Below, one piece after another: positions 1 through 12,729 of a stretch of DNA of 64,000 nucleotides. Position 1 is the stretch's first letter; every line of letters begins with the position of its first letter. The DNA is from Anaeromyxobacteraceae bacterium. Lineage in GTDB: Bacteria; Myxococcota; Myxococcia; Myxococcales; Anaeromyxobacteraceae. A program made the translations under genes and the position numbers. The notes beneath the pieces were generated by a model that did no database searches, was not told the DNA's origin, and was given only the letters and a program-made list of their open reading frames with translations. Location: the NCBI GenBank assembly GCA_047602405.1, contig JASGHJ010000001.1:1408001-1472000 (forward strand), in the 5' to 3' direction.

Positions 1-289
1 TCGTGTGGATGCGCCGCGCGTCGTCGCCCTTCCGCGAGACGGTCCACTCCACCGTGCCCGCCCACTCGAACGACCCGAGCCGCCGCGCGAGCTCGTCGCC
101 GTCCATGGCGATCGCCCGCTCCGGCGACGCAGGGGCGGTGGCCGCCTCGTGGGCCGCCTCGGCGCTGGCCTCCGCGTCGCGCGAGAAGATCCGCCTGCGC
201 TCCCGGGCGTCCTCGCCGCGCGAGCAGGCGGAGGCCGCGAGGGCGAGCGCGAGGGTGCAGGCGAGCGTGGGGACGGAGGGCCGGCGCAT
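1..289 (-). CDS. Partial (5' end) putative lipoprotein
   Basis: My translation of the minus strand from ATG at 289 gives MRRPSVPTLACTLALALAASAC..., a signal peptide with a lipobox-like Cys; the frame runs off the window edge. Confidence 0.6.
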   Translation of the reverse strand, partial: MRRPSVPTLACTLALALAASACSRGEDARERRRIFSRDAEASAEAAHEAATAPASPERAIAMDGDELARRLGSFEWAGTVEWTVSRKGDDARRIHT

Positions 290-494
290 CGGGGAGGAGT
301 AGGAACGCCGACTGTAGAACGGAAGCCCGCGGCGCGCCACGGGTTGCCCCGGCGTCCGTGGCGCCAGCCGCGGCAGCCACGGCCGGGTGCCGGACACGAG
401 GGGGCCGGTGCCGGACACACCCGAGGAGCCCCGTCCCGCCCGGTCCGGCCGCAAACGGGCGGAGCCCGCGGGAGCGGGGTAAGCTCGCCCCCGA

Positions 495-2051
495 ATGGAA
501 CCGGTCGCTCAGAACGTGGAGAGCCCGGCCCCGGCCCCCGGGAGCCAGGCGGGCGCCCGCCCGAGGGCCGACACGCGCCTGCACCGCAGGGTCGCGCTCG
601 TGACCGCCGGCGTGCTCGCCGTCGCGGTCTCGGCGGTGACCCTCTCCTCGTACCTCAGCATGCGCGACCAGCTCCTCGGCGCGCTCCAGCAGAAGGCCAC
701 CGCGCTCGTCGACGGCGGCGCCATCGCCCTCTCCTCCGACGCCATCCTCACGAAGGTCCGCGCGCAATCCTGGTGCGATCAGCTCGGCGACCGCGAGTGG
801 GACCTCGCCTACGTGCTCGTGCGCGACCCCGCGGGCCGCGTCATCGCGTCGGTCTCCTCGCCGGGGTTCGAGACCGAGCGCGAGCGCGACGAGACCACCC
901 ACACCCGCGGCCTCATCCCCGAGCCGGTCGGCGGGTCCATCGAGCTCGGCCTCGACCGCAAGACGACGCTCTCCCGCGCCCGCTCCACGCTCTGGGACGC
1001 CATCCAGATCGGGGTGGTGCTGCTCGTCGTCTTCGCCGCCTTCGGCGGGTGGGCGACGCTCTCGCTCATCGGCCGCGTCGGCAAGGTCGCCGAGACGGCC
1101 TCGCTGCTCGCGCGCGGCGACCTGCGCGTCGTGCCCCAGGTCCAGGGCGACGACGAGATCGGCTCGCTCGGCCGCAGCATGGAGGAGCTCGTGCAGGGCC
1201 TCCGCCGGACGGTCGGCGACCTGCAGGGCGCGTCGGAGGCGATCGGCCGCCAGGCGCTCGCGGTCGCCGAGACCGCCGCGGCGCAGCTCGGCTTCACCCG
1301 CGAGCAGGCCAGCGCCCTCGACCGCGCGAGCGCGCAGGTGCGCGAGGTCTCCCAGGCCTCCCGCCAGGCGGCGGAGTCCGCCCGCTACGTGATCGACGTC
1401 GCCGATCGCTCCGAGACGCTCTGGAAGGACGGCGGGGCCGCGGTGCAGGAGGGGCTCCTCGGCCTGAAGGAGCTCGACGGCCGGGTCGCCGACATCGCGC
1501 TCGCGGTGACCGAGCTCTCCGAGCGCATGGTCGAGATCGCGGGCACCGTCTCCACGCTGCGCGACCTCGCCGAGCAGACGAACGTGCTCGCGCTCAACGC
1601 CTCCATCGAGGCCTCCAAGGTCGGCGAGGAGGGCAAGGGCTTCGCGGTCGTGGCGGGCGAGATGCGCAAGCTCGCGGAGCGCTCGCGGCGCTCGGCCGAG
1701 GAGGTGCGCGGCGCGCTCGCCGAGCTGCAGCGCTCGACGCGCCAGGTGGTGACGGCGACCCAGGGCGGCTCGGAGCGCGCCCGGAGCGCGGTCGCCGGCG
1801 CCGAGCGCGCCGAGTCGACCATCTCGGCGCTCGCGACCGCGCTCGAGGACACCTCGAAGGCCGCCCGCGGCATCGCCGACGTGAGCCGCCGGCAGGCCGA
1901 CGAGATGGACCGGATCGCGGGCTCCGGCGAGGAGCTCCGCACGAAGATGTCGCAGACGCTCGACGGCGCCGAGCGCCTCAAGCACACCGCCGGCGACATG
2001 ACCCGCGTGGCCTCGCGCCTCGCCTCGCTCGTCGCGGCGTACCGCCGCTAG
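495..2051 (+). CDS. Methyl-accepting chemotaxis protein
   Basis: Two TM segments, HAMP (DDEIGSLGRSM), MCP signalling hairpin LAEQTNVLALNASIEA...GKGFAVVAGEMRKLAERS. Confidence 0.95.
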   Translation: MEPVAQNVESPAPAPGSQAGARPRADTRLHRRVALVTAGVLAVAVSAVTLSSYLSMRDQLLGALQQKATALVDGGAIALSSDAILTKVRAQSWCDQLGDREWDLAYVLVRDPAGRVIASVSSPGFETERERDETTHTRGLIPEPVGGSIELGLDRKTTLSRARSTLWDAIQIGVVLLVVFAAFGGWATLSLIGRVGKVAETASLLARGDLRVVPQVQGDDEIGSLGRSMEELVQGLRRTVGDLQGASEAIGRQALAVAETAAAQLGFTREQASALDRASAQVREVSQASRQAAESARYVIDVADRSETLWKDGGAAVQEGLLGLKELDGRVADIALAVTELSERMVEIAGTVSTLRDLAEQTNVLALNASIEASKVGEEGKGFAVVAGEMRKLAERSRRSAEEVRGALAELQRSTRQVVTATQGGSERARSAVAGAERAESTISALATALEDTSKAARGIADVSRRQADEMDRIAGSGEELRTKMSQTLDGAERLKHTAGDMTRVASRLASLVAAYRR

Positions 2052-2052
2052 C

Positions 2053-3870
<1,818 letters not shown>

Positions 3871-3958
3871 GTTCCTCCAGGGCCAAGTCTAGCCACGCCC
3901 GGCGCCGGGATCGAGCGGAACGGCGGCCGCCCGTCGGGCCCGCGTGTCCGGCACCGGG

Positions 3959-5594
3959 CTAACCCCCGGCGACGAGGAGCTGGGCCAGCACGAGCTTCGC
4001 GAGCGTCGCGGCCGGGTAGGTCGCCGCGTAGCCCACGCTCGGGATGTCGTTCCCGGTCCGCTCGAGGGCGTGGCCGAGGACCGCCGGCTGGGTGTGGATC
4101 CCGGCCACCATGCCCATCGCGAGGCTCATCGGGATCTCGAGGAGCCGGTGGGCGACCCACAGCGCGGCGAGCGCGGTCGCGAAGGTGATCGCCACGCCGG
4201 CGCCGAGCAGCACGAGCCCCCGGGTGCCCGAGAAGGTCGCGAGGAAGCCCGAGCCGGCGCGGGTGCCGATCCCCGCCAGGAACAGGATGAGGCCGATCTG
4301 CCGGAGCGCGACGCTCGCCGAGAAGGGCAGGGTCCAGACGCGTCCGGCGGTGCGGTCGAGCGTGCCCGCGAGGAGCGCCACCACGAGCGGGCCGCCCGCG
4401 AAGCCGAGCGAGACGGTGACCCCGCCGGGGAGCGGGATGGGCACCATGCCGAGCGCGAGCCCGAGCGCGAGCCCTGCCGCGAAGGAGAGGATGTCGACCT
4501 CGCTCGCCGCCCGGTAGGAGTCGCCGAAGTAGGCCGTGACCGCCGGGAGATTGCGGACCGCGGCGAGCACCCGCACCCGGTCGCCGAGCTCGAGGCGCAT
4601 GTCGTCGGAAGGCAGGAGGTCCACGTCCCCGCGGCGCACGCGGGTCACCACCGCGCCGAGCGTGTGGGCGAGGTCGAGGTCCTTGAGCGGCCGCCCGGCG
4701 ACCTCCGGGCTCGACACGAAGATCCGCCTCAGGTCGAAGGCGCGGCGGTCGAGGTCGAGCCGCTCCTCGCTGCGCCGGCCGAGCCGCGCGATCACGCGCT
4801 CGAGCTCCGCCTCGGTGCCGACCACCGTGACGAGGTCGCCCCGCCGGAGGCGCGCCTCGGGCGCGACGAGCTGCAGCTCCGCGCCGCGGCGCATGCGGCT
4901 GAAGATGACCCGCCAGCGCAGGCCGCGGACGAGCTCCTCGACGGTGAGCGCGCCCATGTCCTCGGCGACCTCCACGGTCGCGCTCGCGAGCGGCTCGTTC
5001 GCCGCGCCCAGCTCGGCGAGCCGCTTCGCCTCGGCGGCGAGGTCGGGCTTCCAGAGCGCGGCGCCCAGCCGGAGCGCGAGCACCACGCCCGCGACGCCGA
5101 GCGGGTAGCAGATGGAGTAGGCGACGACCGGCTCGGAGACCACCCGGCCCGGGCTCGCGGCGCGCAGCGACTCGACCGCCGCGGCGAGGGCGGGGGTGTT
5201 GGTGAGGGCGCCCGCGAAGAGGCCGGCGGCGGTGCCGCGGTCGAGCCCGAGCGCCGCGCGCAGGGCCGCGACGCCCACCGCGGCGACCGCGACCACGCCG
5301 ACCGCGAGGAGCGAGTCGCGCAGCCCGTCGCGGCGGAGCGAGGCCACGAACGCGCGGCCCGACGAGAGGCCGACCGTGTAGACGAAGATCGCGAGCCCGA
5401 GCATGTAGACGATCTCGGGGAGCGCGAGGCTCGGGTCGACGGCGCCGGCGGCGAGGCCCACGAAGAGGCACCGCCGCCACGCCGAGCTCGCTGCCGCGCA
5501 GGCGCAGCCGGCCGAGCGGGTACCCCACCGCCGCCACCAGGAAGAGGAGGAGGAGGGGGTTCTTCGCGAGGAGCGGGACGAGCAGGTCCTTCAC
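3959..5594 (-). pseudogene. AspT/YidE/YbjL-family antiporter with TrkA-C domains, split by a +1 frameshift near 5469 (possibly a sequencing error)
   Basis: The N-terminus in ORF 3207..5594 (LLLLFLVAAVGYPLG...GVAAV) continues in ORF 3959..5461 (GLAIFVYTVGL, GALTNTPALAAA, GFAGGPLVVAL); GTG-C-CTC-TTC has one extra C. Confidence 0.85.
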
Positions 5595-5663
5595 GGGCGG
5601 GCGAGTCTACGCCGGGTCGGGCCCGGGGCCACGCGCCCGTTTGGCGCGGGCGGTCCGGCGGGG

Positions 5664-5960
5664 TCAGTTGTTCTCGTCGAGCGGGCCGAGGTCGGCCCGG
5701 GAGTCGATGCCGAGGTAGCGCAGGAGCCGGACGTGGTGGCGCCGCAGGCCGCGGACGGCGACCTTGCCGCGCCCCTTCGCGAGCGCCTGGGCGAGCACCG
5801 CGACGCCGAAGTCGTGAAACTCGCGGACGCCGGTGAGGTCCACCTCGAGCTGCTCCTCCGGACGCGCCGCGATGACCGCGTCGGCCACCCGGCGCGCGGC
5901 CGGCAGGTCGAACGTGCCTTCGAGGCGGAGCACCCGCGAGGTCTTGCCCTGTTCGTCCAC
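5664..5960 (-). CDS. STAS-domain (anti-sigma antagonist-like) protein
   Basis: VLRLEGTFD...VDLTGVREFHDFGVAVL pattern; start codon uncertain. Confidence 0.7.
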   Translation of the reverse strand: MDEQGKTSRVLRLEGTFDLPAARRVADAVIAARPEEQLEVDLTGVREFHDFGVAVLAQALAKGRGKVAVRGLRRHHVRLLRYLGIDSRADLGPLDENN

Positions 5961-6216
5961 GTGCCTGTCCGGCACCGCAGCGTGGAAGATCCATGCCGGG
6001 GTGAGCGCATGTGCGCGGAGGGGCGGCCAGCGTGGAAAGGGGCACGGCAGCCGGGGCTTGAGGGTGTCCGGCACCCGCGGTCCGGCTCGCCCGGACGGCC
6101 GGATCGGTCGACCCTGGGTCGAGTGGCACCGGGTCTCGGGTGGTGTCCGGCACCCGCAGCTCTGGCGCTGGCGGTGAGGTCGGTGCCCGGCGGGGTGTGT
6201 GCAGACGGGGCGGGTC

Positions 6217-7317
6217 CTACGGCTGGCCGGCCGGCGCCGGAGGTGCCGGACGCGGCTCCCCCGCCTTCTCGCAGCCCTCGAAGAGCTGCTCGACGCGGTC
6301 GCCCGCGAGCGCCATCTCCACCGAGAAGCTGCCCTTGTCGTCGAGGACCCTCGCGTGCTCGAGGAGCTCCGCCATGCGCCGGTCGTCCCTCGCCTGGGCC
6401 TCGACGCGCGCCGCCGCGAGCGCGCCGCCGATGGACCGCGCGATGTCCGAGAGCCCGGCGCCGTCGTCGCCGCGCACGCGCACGACGGACGCGACGTCGT
6501 TCATCGCGTCCACGTGGAACTCGACCCGGGACGCCGCGGCGGCGATCCGCTGCGCGAGCTCGGGATCCTTCTGGCCGAAGAGCCGCTGGACGGCGGTGCC
6601 GGGCACGACCCCGTACGCCTCGCCGTACGCCATGTCCTCGGGGATGCCGGTCTCGGGCGCCGGGGCGCGGCCCTCGAGCTGGTCGATGGAGCGCCGCAGG
6701 GACGCCTCGTCGCCCATGAGGACGAGGCCGTCGCCCCAGGTCGCGATGGCCGGCCCGCTCCCGCCGCCCCGCTGCCGGTAGAGGCGGCCGCCGTCGCCAT
6801 AGGACGAGGCGTCCGTGTTCCGCTCCAGCTGATCGCGCCGCATCCGGTCGAAGAAGCCCGACACGACCACGCTGTCGCCCGCGAAGCCGACGCGGTCGAC
6901 GTCCTTCAGCGGGTCGACGCCGATCTCCCGCTCGATCTTCGCGAACGTGTCCGGATCCCGCGCGAGCAGGCACGCGACGAGCCGCTCGCCGAGGCGCGAA
7001 TGCCGGAGCGCGTTCGCCTCGAGCACCACGACCGGCCGGTCGGCCGTGACGGGCAACGACACGAGGAAGGGATCGCGCCGGGGGGGCTCGGCCTGCGCGG
7101 GGCCCGGGCCGGGCGCCTGGGGGAGCACCAGCGTCGCCCGCGCGCGGGCGCGCTCCTCCTCGGCGGGGCGCATGTGGGACGGGAAGTCGACGCGCGTCCG
7201 CGTGGTCGGCGCCGGCTCGCGTTCGCCGAGCGAGAGCACGAGGGCCCCGAGGACGAGGAGCAGCGCGGCGAGCGCGATCCAGCGGAGGCGGCGGCTGCGG
7301 CTCTGCTTCGGGTCCAT
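6217..7317 (-). CDS. Membrane-anchored hypothetical protein, last gene of the ABC operon
   Basis: MDPKQSRSRRLRWIALAALLLVLG N-terminal TM; starts 3 nt after the permease stop. Confidence 0.75.
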   Translation of the reverse strand: MDPKQSRSRRLRWIALAALLLVLGALVLSLGEREPAPTTRTRVDFPSHMRPAEEERARARATLVLPQAPGPGPAQAEPPRRDPFLVSLPVTADRPVVVLEANALRHSRLGERLVACLLARDPDTFAKIEREIGVDPLKDVDRVGFAGDSVVVSGFFDRMRRDQLERNTDASSYGDGGRLYRQRGGGSGPAIATWGDGLVLMGDEASLRRSIDQLEGRAPAPETGIPEDMAYGEAYGVVPGTAVQRLFGQKDPELAQRIAAAASRVEFHVDAMNDVASVVRVRGDDGAGLSDIARSIGGALAAARVEAQARDDRRMAELLEHARVLDDKGSFSVEMALAGDRVEQLFEGCEKAGEPRPAPPAPAGQP

Positions 7318-7319
7318 CG

Positions 7320-8156
7320 CTAGAAGTCCTTCCGGTCGAAGAGGGCCACGGCGCCGGCGAGCGCGGCCCCGGCGAAGAGCAGCGCCCCCGCGACCTGCAC
7401 CGCGACCTGCCGGGCGTCGAGCGGCGCCGCGATCGCCACCTGCGCTGCGTGGCGGGCGAGCTCCGAGATGCGCGGCAGGGGCGACGTGAGGACCAGGAAG
7501 GCCGCCCGGGAGAGCCCCGGGGAGAAGAGCGGCGCGAGGGTGGCGCGCTGCCCGGCGACGATGCCGAGGACCAGCAGCGCGGCGCCGGCGCCCGCCGAGA
7601 GCGCCGCCGAGCGCGCGGCCATCGCGGCGAGGATCATGACCGCGTACACCGCCGTGAAGCCCACCGCCGAGAACGCGGCGGCGGCCACCGGGCCCCAGTC
7701 GAAGAACCCGGACTTCACCCAGATGATGAGCGAGAGCCCGAGGCCTCCGTAGAGCGCCCCGCCGAACACCAGCGTGAGGACGCCGAGGAAGGTGCCGGAC
7801 ACGAGCTCGGAGCGGCGGACCGGCAGGGACAGCAGGTGCTCGATCCGGCCGGGGGCGAGCAGCGTCGGCGCGAAGTCGGCGCAGGCCAGGACGCCGAAGA
7901 ACGCGCCGCCGTAGAAGACGACGTACGAGAGCCCCTCGAAGAGGGGCCGGAGCGCGACGTCCACGGAGCGGATCTCGTGGGTGTGCGGCCCGCCCGAGAG
8001 GAACCGCGAGGCCGCGAGCGCGCCGTCGACGACCTCGAGCTCGAGCCCGAAGCCGACCAGCAGGAGGAGCCCGGTGACCGCGACCCCGAGCGCGAGCACC
8101 CAGCGCCGGGCGCGGGCCTCCCGGAGGAGATCGCGGGCGACGGCGAGCGTCCTCAT
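7320..8156 (-). CDS. ABC-2 type permease
   Basis: Multiple TM segments, GRIEHLLSLPVRRSEL motif; overlaps the ATPase stop codon. Confidence 0.85.
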   Translation of the reverse strand: MRTLAVARDLLREARARRWVLALGVAVTGLLLLVGFGLELEVVDGALAASRFLSGGPHTHEIRSVDVALRPLFEGLSYVVFYGGAFFGVLACADFAPTLLAPGRIEHLLSLPVRRSELVSGTFLGVLTLVFGGALYGGLGLSLIIWVKSGFFDWGPVAAAAFSAVGFTAVYAVMILAAMAARSAALSAGAGAALLVLGIVAGQRATLAPLFSPGLSRAAFLVLTSPLPRISELARHAAQVAIAAPLDARQVAVQVAGALLFAGAALAGAVALFDRKDF

Positions 8157-9088
8157 GCGGCCTTCCCTCCCGCTCCCGGCGGGCTCCCGGACGAGATCGC
8201 CGCCGCGAGCACGTCCTCGAGGTCGCGGGACTCCGCCGTGAGCTCGACCACGAGCGCCCCGGCGTCGCGGGCCTGGTCGAGCGCCAGGTTGAGCGCCTCG
8301 GGGCCCTCCCCGGCGAACCGGTGCGCACCCTGCGTGTCCGGCACGAAGCCGGCGGCCTCGAGCGCCGGCCCGGGGGCGCCCGGCGCGAACCGGACCCGCC
8401 AGGCCGGGCGGGTCGCGGTGAGCGCATCGAGCGGCCCCTCGCGGACGATGCGACCGCCCACGAGGATCCCGACGCGGCCGCAGATGCGCTCGGTCTCCGC
8501 GAGGAGGTGGCTGTTGAGGAGGAGGGTCGCGCCGCGCGCGAGGGCCCGGCCGAGGAGGTTGCGGACCTCGACCCGGCCGATGGGGTCGAGGCCGTCGGTC
8601 GGCTCGTCGAGCACGAGGAGCTCGGGGTCACCCACGAGCGCGGCGGCGAGCCCCACCCGCTGGCGCATGCCCTTCGAGAAGCCGCCGGTCCGCCGGCGGG
8701 CCGCCTCGGCCACCCCGACCTCCTCGAGGAGCCGGAGCGCACCCCCGGGCCCGAGCCGGACACCCTTCATGCGCGCGACGCTCTCCAGGATCTCGAGCGG
8801 GGTCCACGCGGGCGAGAGGCGGAGCCGCTCGGGCAGGTAGCCCACCCGCGCGCGGACCTTCGGGTCCTCGGGGTCCCCGCCCAGGAGCCGGACGGTGCCG
8901 GACGTGGGCCGGACCACCCCGAGGAGCGCCTTCACGAAGGTCGTCTTGCCGGCGCCGTTCGGACCGATCAGGCCGAACGCGGTGCCGCCGGGGATGGCGA
9001 GGTCGAGCCCGCGCAGGGCGTCCTGCCCGCCCCGCCCGAGCAGGCCGGCGTACCGCTTCGTCAGTCCCTGGGCCTCGATCGCCAGCAC
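8153..9088 (-). CDS. ABC transporter ATP-binding protein
   Basis: GPNGAGKTT, FSKGMRQR, LVLDEPT, SH-loop; GTG start at 9088 inferred. Confidence 0.93.
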   Translation of the reverse strand: MLAIEAQGLTKRYAGLLGRGGQDALRGLDLAIPGGTAFGLIGPNGAGKTTFVKALLGVVRPTSGTVRLLGGDPEDPKVRARVGYLPERLRLSPAWTPLEILESVARMKGVRLGPGGALRLLEEVGVAEAARRRTGGFSKGMRQRVGLAAALVGDPELLVLDEPTDGLDPIGRVEVRNLLGRALARGATLLLNSHLLAETERICGRVGILVGGRIVREGPLDALTATRPAWRVRFAPGAPGPALEAAGFVPDTQGAHRFAGEGPEALNLALDQARDAGALVVELTAESRDLEDVLAAAISSGSPPGAGGKAA

Positions 9089-9202
9089 GTCCAGGCATCC
9101 TACGTCGTCCGGCGCCACGGAATTTCGCCGTGTCCGGCACCACCGGTTTCGCCGCGGGCCGCCTCGACTCCTGACCGGGACTCTGCTTGACTCCGGGCAC
9201 GC

Positions 9203-10475
9203 ATGAAGCCCTCCGCCCCCCGCTCCGGAGTGCCGGGCGCGTCGGTCGTGCTCGGCCCGGCCGTGGTCGTCGCGGCCCTCGGCTACTTCGTCGACATCTA
9301 CGACCTCATCCTGTTCAACATCGTGCGCATCCCGAGCCTCACCGCGCTCGGGGTGCCCAGGGCGGAGCTCATCGACGTCGGCGCCAGCATCATCAACTGG
9401 CAGATGACGGGGATGCTGCTGGGCGGGATCGGGTTCGGGATCATCGGCGACAAGATCGGACGCCTGCAGATCCTGTTCGGCTCGATCACGCTCTACTCGA
9501 TCGCCACGATCGCGAACGGGTTCGTGGGCATGCAGGACGTCCTGCCCGCGCTCTGGGAGTACCGCGCCCTGCGGTTCGTCGCCGGGGTGGGGCTCGCGGG
9601 CGAGCTCGGCGCCGGCGTCACGCTCGTCGCGGAGGTGCTGCCCGCGCGCCTGCGGGGCTACGGCACGATGCTCGTCGCCTCCGTCGGGGTGTCCGGGGCG
9701 GTGGTCGCGAACCTCGTCGCGAAGCACATGGACTGGCGCATCGCGTACTGGGTGGGCGGCGGGCTCGGCCTCGTGCTCCTCATCCTGCGGATCGGCGTGC
9801 GCGAGTCGTCCATGTTCGACCGGGTGAAGGGCGCCGCGGGCGTCCGGCGGGGCCACTTCCTCGAGCTCTTCACGAGCGGCAAGCGGCTCGGGAAGTACGC
9901 CGCGTCGATCCTCATCGGCGTGCCGATCTGGTTCTCGAACCGAGATCCTCATCGCCTACTCGCCGGAGTTCGCGCCCGCCCTCGGCGTCACCGGCCCGAT
10001 CTCGGCCGGGGACGCGGTGATGATGTTCTACGGCGGGCTCGTGGTCGGCGACCTCACGAGCGGCATGCTCTCCCAGGCGCTGCACTCGCGCCGCAAGGTG
10101 GTGCTGTCGTTCGTGCTCGCGCTGCTCGGCGCGAACGTCCTCTACTTCGTGCTCGGCCGCGGGGCTTCGCCCGGGCTCTTCCTCGCCCTGTGTGGCCTCC
10201 TCGGGTTCACCGGCGGGTACTGGGCGATCTTCATCACCATCGCGGCGGAGCAGTTCGGGACCAACATCCGCGCGACCGTCGCCACCACCGTGCCGAACTT
10301 CGTGCGCGGCCTCGTGGTGGTCGTGAACGCGATGTTCCTCGCGACGAAGGGCTCCCTCGGCCTCGCCGGCGCGGCCGCCGCGGTGGGCGCGGTCTGGTTC
10401 ACCGCCGCGCTCGTCGCCGCGTACGGGCTGCGGGAGACGTTCGGCATCGACCTCGACTACGTCGAGCCGGACTAG
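9203..10475 (+). pseudogene. MFS transporter split by a +1 frameshift near 9940 (possibly a sequencing error)
   Basis: GYFVDIYDL, GDKIGR, RFVAGVGLAGE in the first frame; AEQFGTNIRAT in the second; AAC-C-GAG has one extra C. Confidence 0.85.
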
Positions 10476-10488
10476 CGCCGGAGGTCCC

Positions 10489-11277
10489 GTGCTGCGCGTG
10501 ACCCACGTCGGGACGGCCTGCGCGGTCCTCGAGGTCGAGGTGCCGGACACGCCTCCCCTCCGGCTCCTGACCGACCCGGCCTTCGACCCGCCCGGGCGCC
10601 GCTACCACTTCGGCTGGGGTACCTCGTCCACGAAGCTCGAGCGGCCCGCCGTGGACCCCGCCGCGGTCGGCCGGCTCGACGCGGTCCTCCTGTCCCACGA
10701 CCAGCACGCCGACAACCTCGACGACGCCGGCCGCCGGCTCATGGCCGCGGCGCCCTGCGTGGTCACCACCCGCAGTGCCGCCCGCCGCATCGCGGGTGCC
10801 GGACACGCGGGGGTCCGGGGGCTCCGGCCCTGGGAGTCGGTGCAGATCGGCCCCGTCCGGATCACCGCGACGCCCGCGCGGCACGGGCCGCCGCTGTCGC
10901 TGCCGTTCGTGGGGCCGGTGATCGGCTTCGTGCTCGAGTGGACGGGCCAGGAGCGCGGGGCCGTGTACGTCACCGGGGACACCGTGCGGTTCGCCGCCCT
11001 CGCCGAGGTCGGCCGCCGCTTTCGCGTCGGGACGCTGGTCGTGCACATGGGCGGCGTCGGGTTCCCGCTCTACGGGCCCATCCGGTTCACGATGCGGGCC
11101 CGTGACGCCGCGCGGCTGGCGCGCGAGCTCGGCGCCGGGACCATCGTCCCGGTGCACTACGCAGGCTGGAGGCACTTCCTCGAGCCGAGGGCCGAGGCGG
11201 AGCGGGCCTTCGCGGCCGCCGGCTTCGACGAGCGGGTCCGCTGGCTCGAGCCCGGCGTCGCGACGGTCATCGCCTAG
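10489..11277 (+). CDS. Metallo-beta-lactamase-fold hydrolase
   Basis: LLTDP, SHDQHADNLD, ARHG, GDT, PVHY motifs. Confidence 0.9.
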   Translation: MLRVTHVGTACAVLEVEVPDTPPLRLLTDPAFDPPGRRYHFGWGTSSTKLERPAVDPAAVGRLDAVLLSHDQHADNLDDAGRRLMAAAPCVVTTRSAARRIAGAGHAGVRGLRPWESVQIGPVRITATPARHGPPLSLPFVGPVIGFVLEWTGQERGAVYVTGDTVRFAALAEVGRRFRVGTLVVHMGGVGFPLYGPIRFTMRARDAARLARELGAGTIVPVHYAGWRHFLEPRAEAERAFAAAGFDERVRWLEPGVATVIA

Positions 11278-11280
11278 GTC

Positions 11281-12723
11281 CAATGCCGCTCACTTAAGCC
11301 CTCGGCGTTTCCGGGGGTAGTTGCTCATCTTGATCTTCACGGCCCTCGGGTAGGACCGCAGCCGTCGCTTCGGCAGGATGAAGTGCACGACGTCTTCCCG
11401 GAGGCGGCGGAGGTGCTCCGGGATGCGTCCCGCGCTCTCTAGGGAGAGCGTTAGGAGGGCGTGCTCGATGTACATGAGCGCGTTCTTGAAGCTGACGCGG
11501 TCGGGCGTGACGCCGGCGTCCTCGGCCATGCGCTCCATCTCGAGCCGGACGAGGTTGTACGCGAGGGCGAGGCCCCAGAGCTCCTGGGAGACGCCGCGAG
11601 GAGTCCTGCTGCGCGTCGTCTCCTCGCGGTCGAGCATGACAGTCTTGACCTCGTCGTAGCCGAGCTCGATCTCCCAGCGCTCGTGGTAGAGCGCGACGAT
11701 CTCGGCCGCCGGGTAAACCTCCGGGTCCGTCATCGACGTCAGCAGGGTCTGAGGCTTGAAGCCCTTCCGCTGATAGCGGATCGCCCGCATCTCCCAGCGC
11801 TCGGGGAGGTCAGGGTTCTCTCGGCGGGCGTCCCGGTGGACGGTCTTCTCGACGAGCCAGTCGCCGCGCCCGAGCGAGCGGACTACCTTCCAGGCCGTGT
11901 CGCTCTTCGCGCGGATGAGCCAGTGCCTTCGATGCCCGTGGCTCGCAATGCCGATGAGCAGCGCCGACGAGAGGAAGTTGCGATCCACGATGCACAGCGA
12001 CTCGTCCGGCACGAGCGGCCACAACTCCCTGGCGAGAGCGATCTCGCTGCCCGACTGTGGACCGAAGCGGGCCGCCGCCAGCAGGTGCGAGCGGAGGGCC
12101 ATCAGCGTGACGAGGCGTGCCATCGGATACGCGCTCTCGCCTCGGGAGCTCACGGCGTAGCCGAAATGATCGCGGTTCGCTTCGGAGTCCGGGAGACGGA
12201 CGGTCGTGCCGTCCACGCCGTAGACGGCGAGCCCGCGCCACGCGTGCCGGCGCGCACTCTCGTGCGCCCACTTTTCGGCGCTGCGTTCGAACAGCCAGCG
12301 GATGGGCTCGCTGCCCAGCCGCTCGCGCGCCTGGGTCACCGAACTCGAGGCCGCGCGCGGGCGCCGCCCCGGTAGCGCGAGATCGAGCTCCGCGACGATC
12401 TCGGCGATGGGCTTGTTACGGTAGATGCCCATCCCGAGCACGAGCCAGACGACCTGCTCGGCTGGAAGGCGGCGCCGGCGGATGGTGGCCGTCCCGGTGG
12501 CCTGAAGGGCTTCCTCGATCCATTCGGGATCGAGGCTCGCCTGGAACCTATCCAGCAACTCGCCCGAGCTGTCCTCTTGGGCGGAAACGGGGCGACGCGG
12601 CATGGGATCGCCCTCCGGGCGATCGCCGCATCATGATCTCCTGGATCGCCGCGGCAACTCTGCTGCCCCGGCCTCCAAAATCCCCATCGGTCTCGATCGG
12701 TTGGCGCTAACCGATCGGCATTG
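11281..12723 (-). mobile_element. IS4-family insertion sequence, 1443 bp, with 10-bp target site duplication CGCCTAGGTC
   Basis: Imperfect terminal inverted repeats CAATGCCGCTCACTTA (11281) and CAATGCCGATCGGTTA (reverse complement, ending 12723); identical flanks at 11271-11280 and 12724-12733. Confidence 0.93.
11290..12603 (-). CDS. IS4-family DDE transposase
   Basis: RRRRLPAEQVVWLV N-terminal domain, VDGT, DRNF, YHERWEIE...K (YREK-type signature). Confidence 0.95.
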   Translation of the reverse strand: MPRRPVSAQEDSSGELLDRFQASLDPEWIEEALQATGTATIRRRRLPAEQVVWLVLGMGIYRNKPIAEIVAELDLALPGRRPRAASSSVTQARERLGSEPIRWLFERSAEKWAHESARRHAWRGLAVYGVDGTTVRLPDSEANRDHFGYAVSSRGESAYPMARLVTLMALRSHLLAAARFGPQSGSEIALARELWPLVPDESLCIVDRNFLSSALLIGIASHGHRRHWLIRAKSDTAWKVVRSLGRGDWLVEKTVHRDARRENPDLPERWEMRAIRYQRKGFKPQTLLTSMTDPEVYPAAEIVALYHERWEIELGYDEVKTVMLDREETTRSRTPRGVSQELWGLALAYNLVRLEMERMAEDAGVTPDRVSFKNALMYIEHALLTLSLESAGRIPEHLRRLREDVVHFILPKRRLRSYPRAVKIKMSNYPRKRRGLK

Positions 12724-12729
12724 CGCCTA

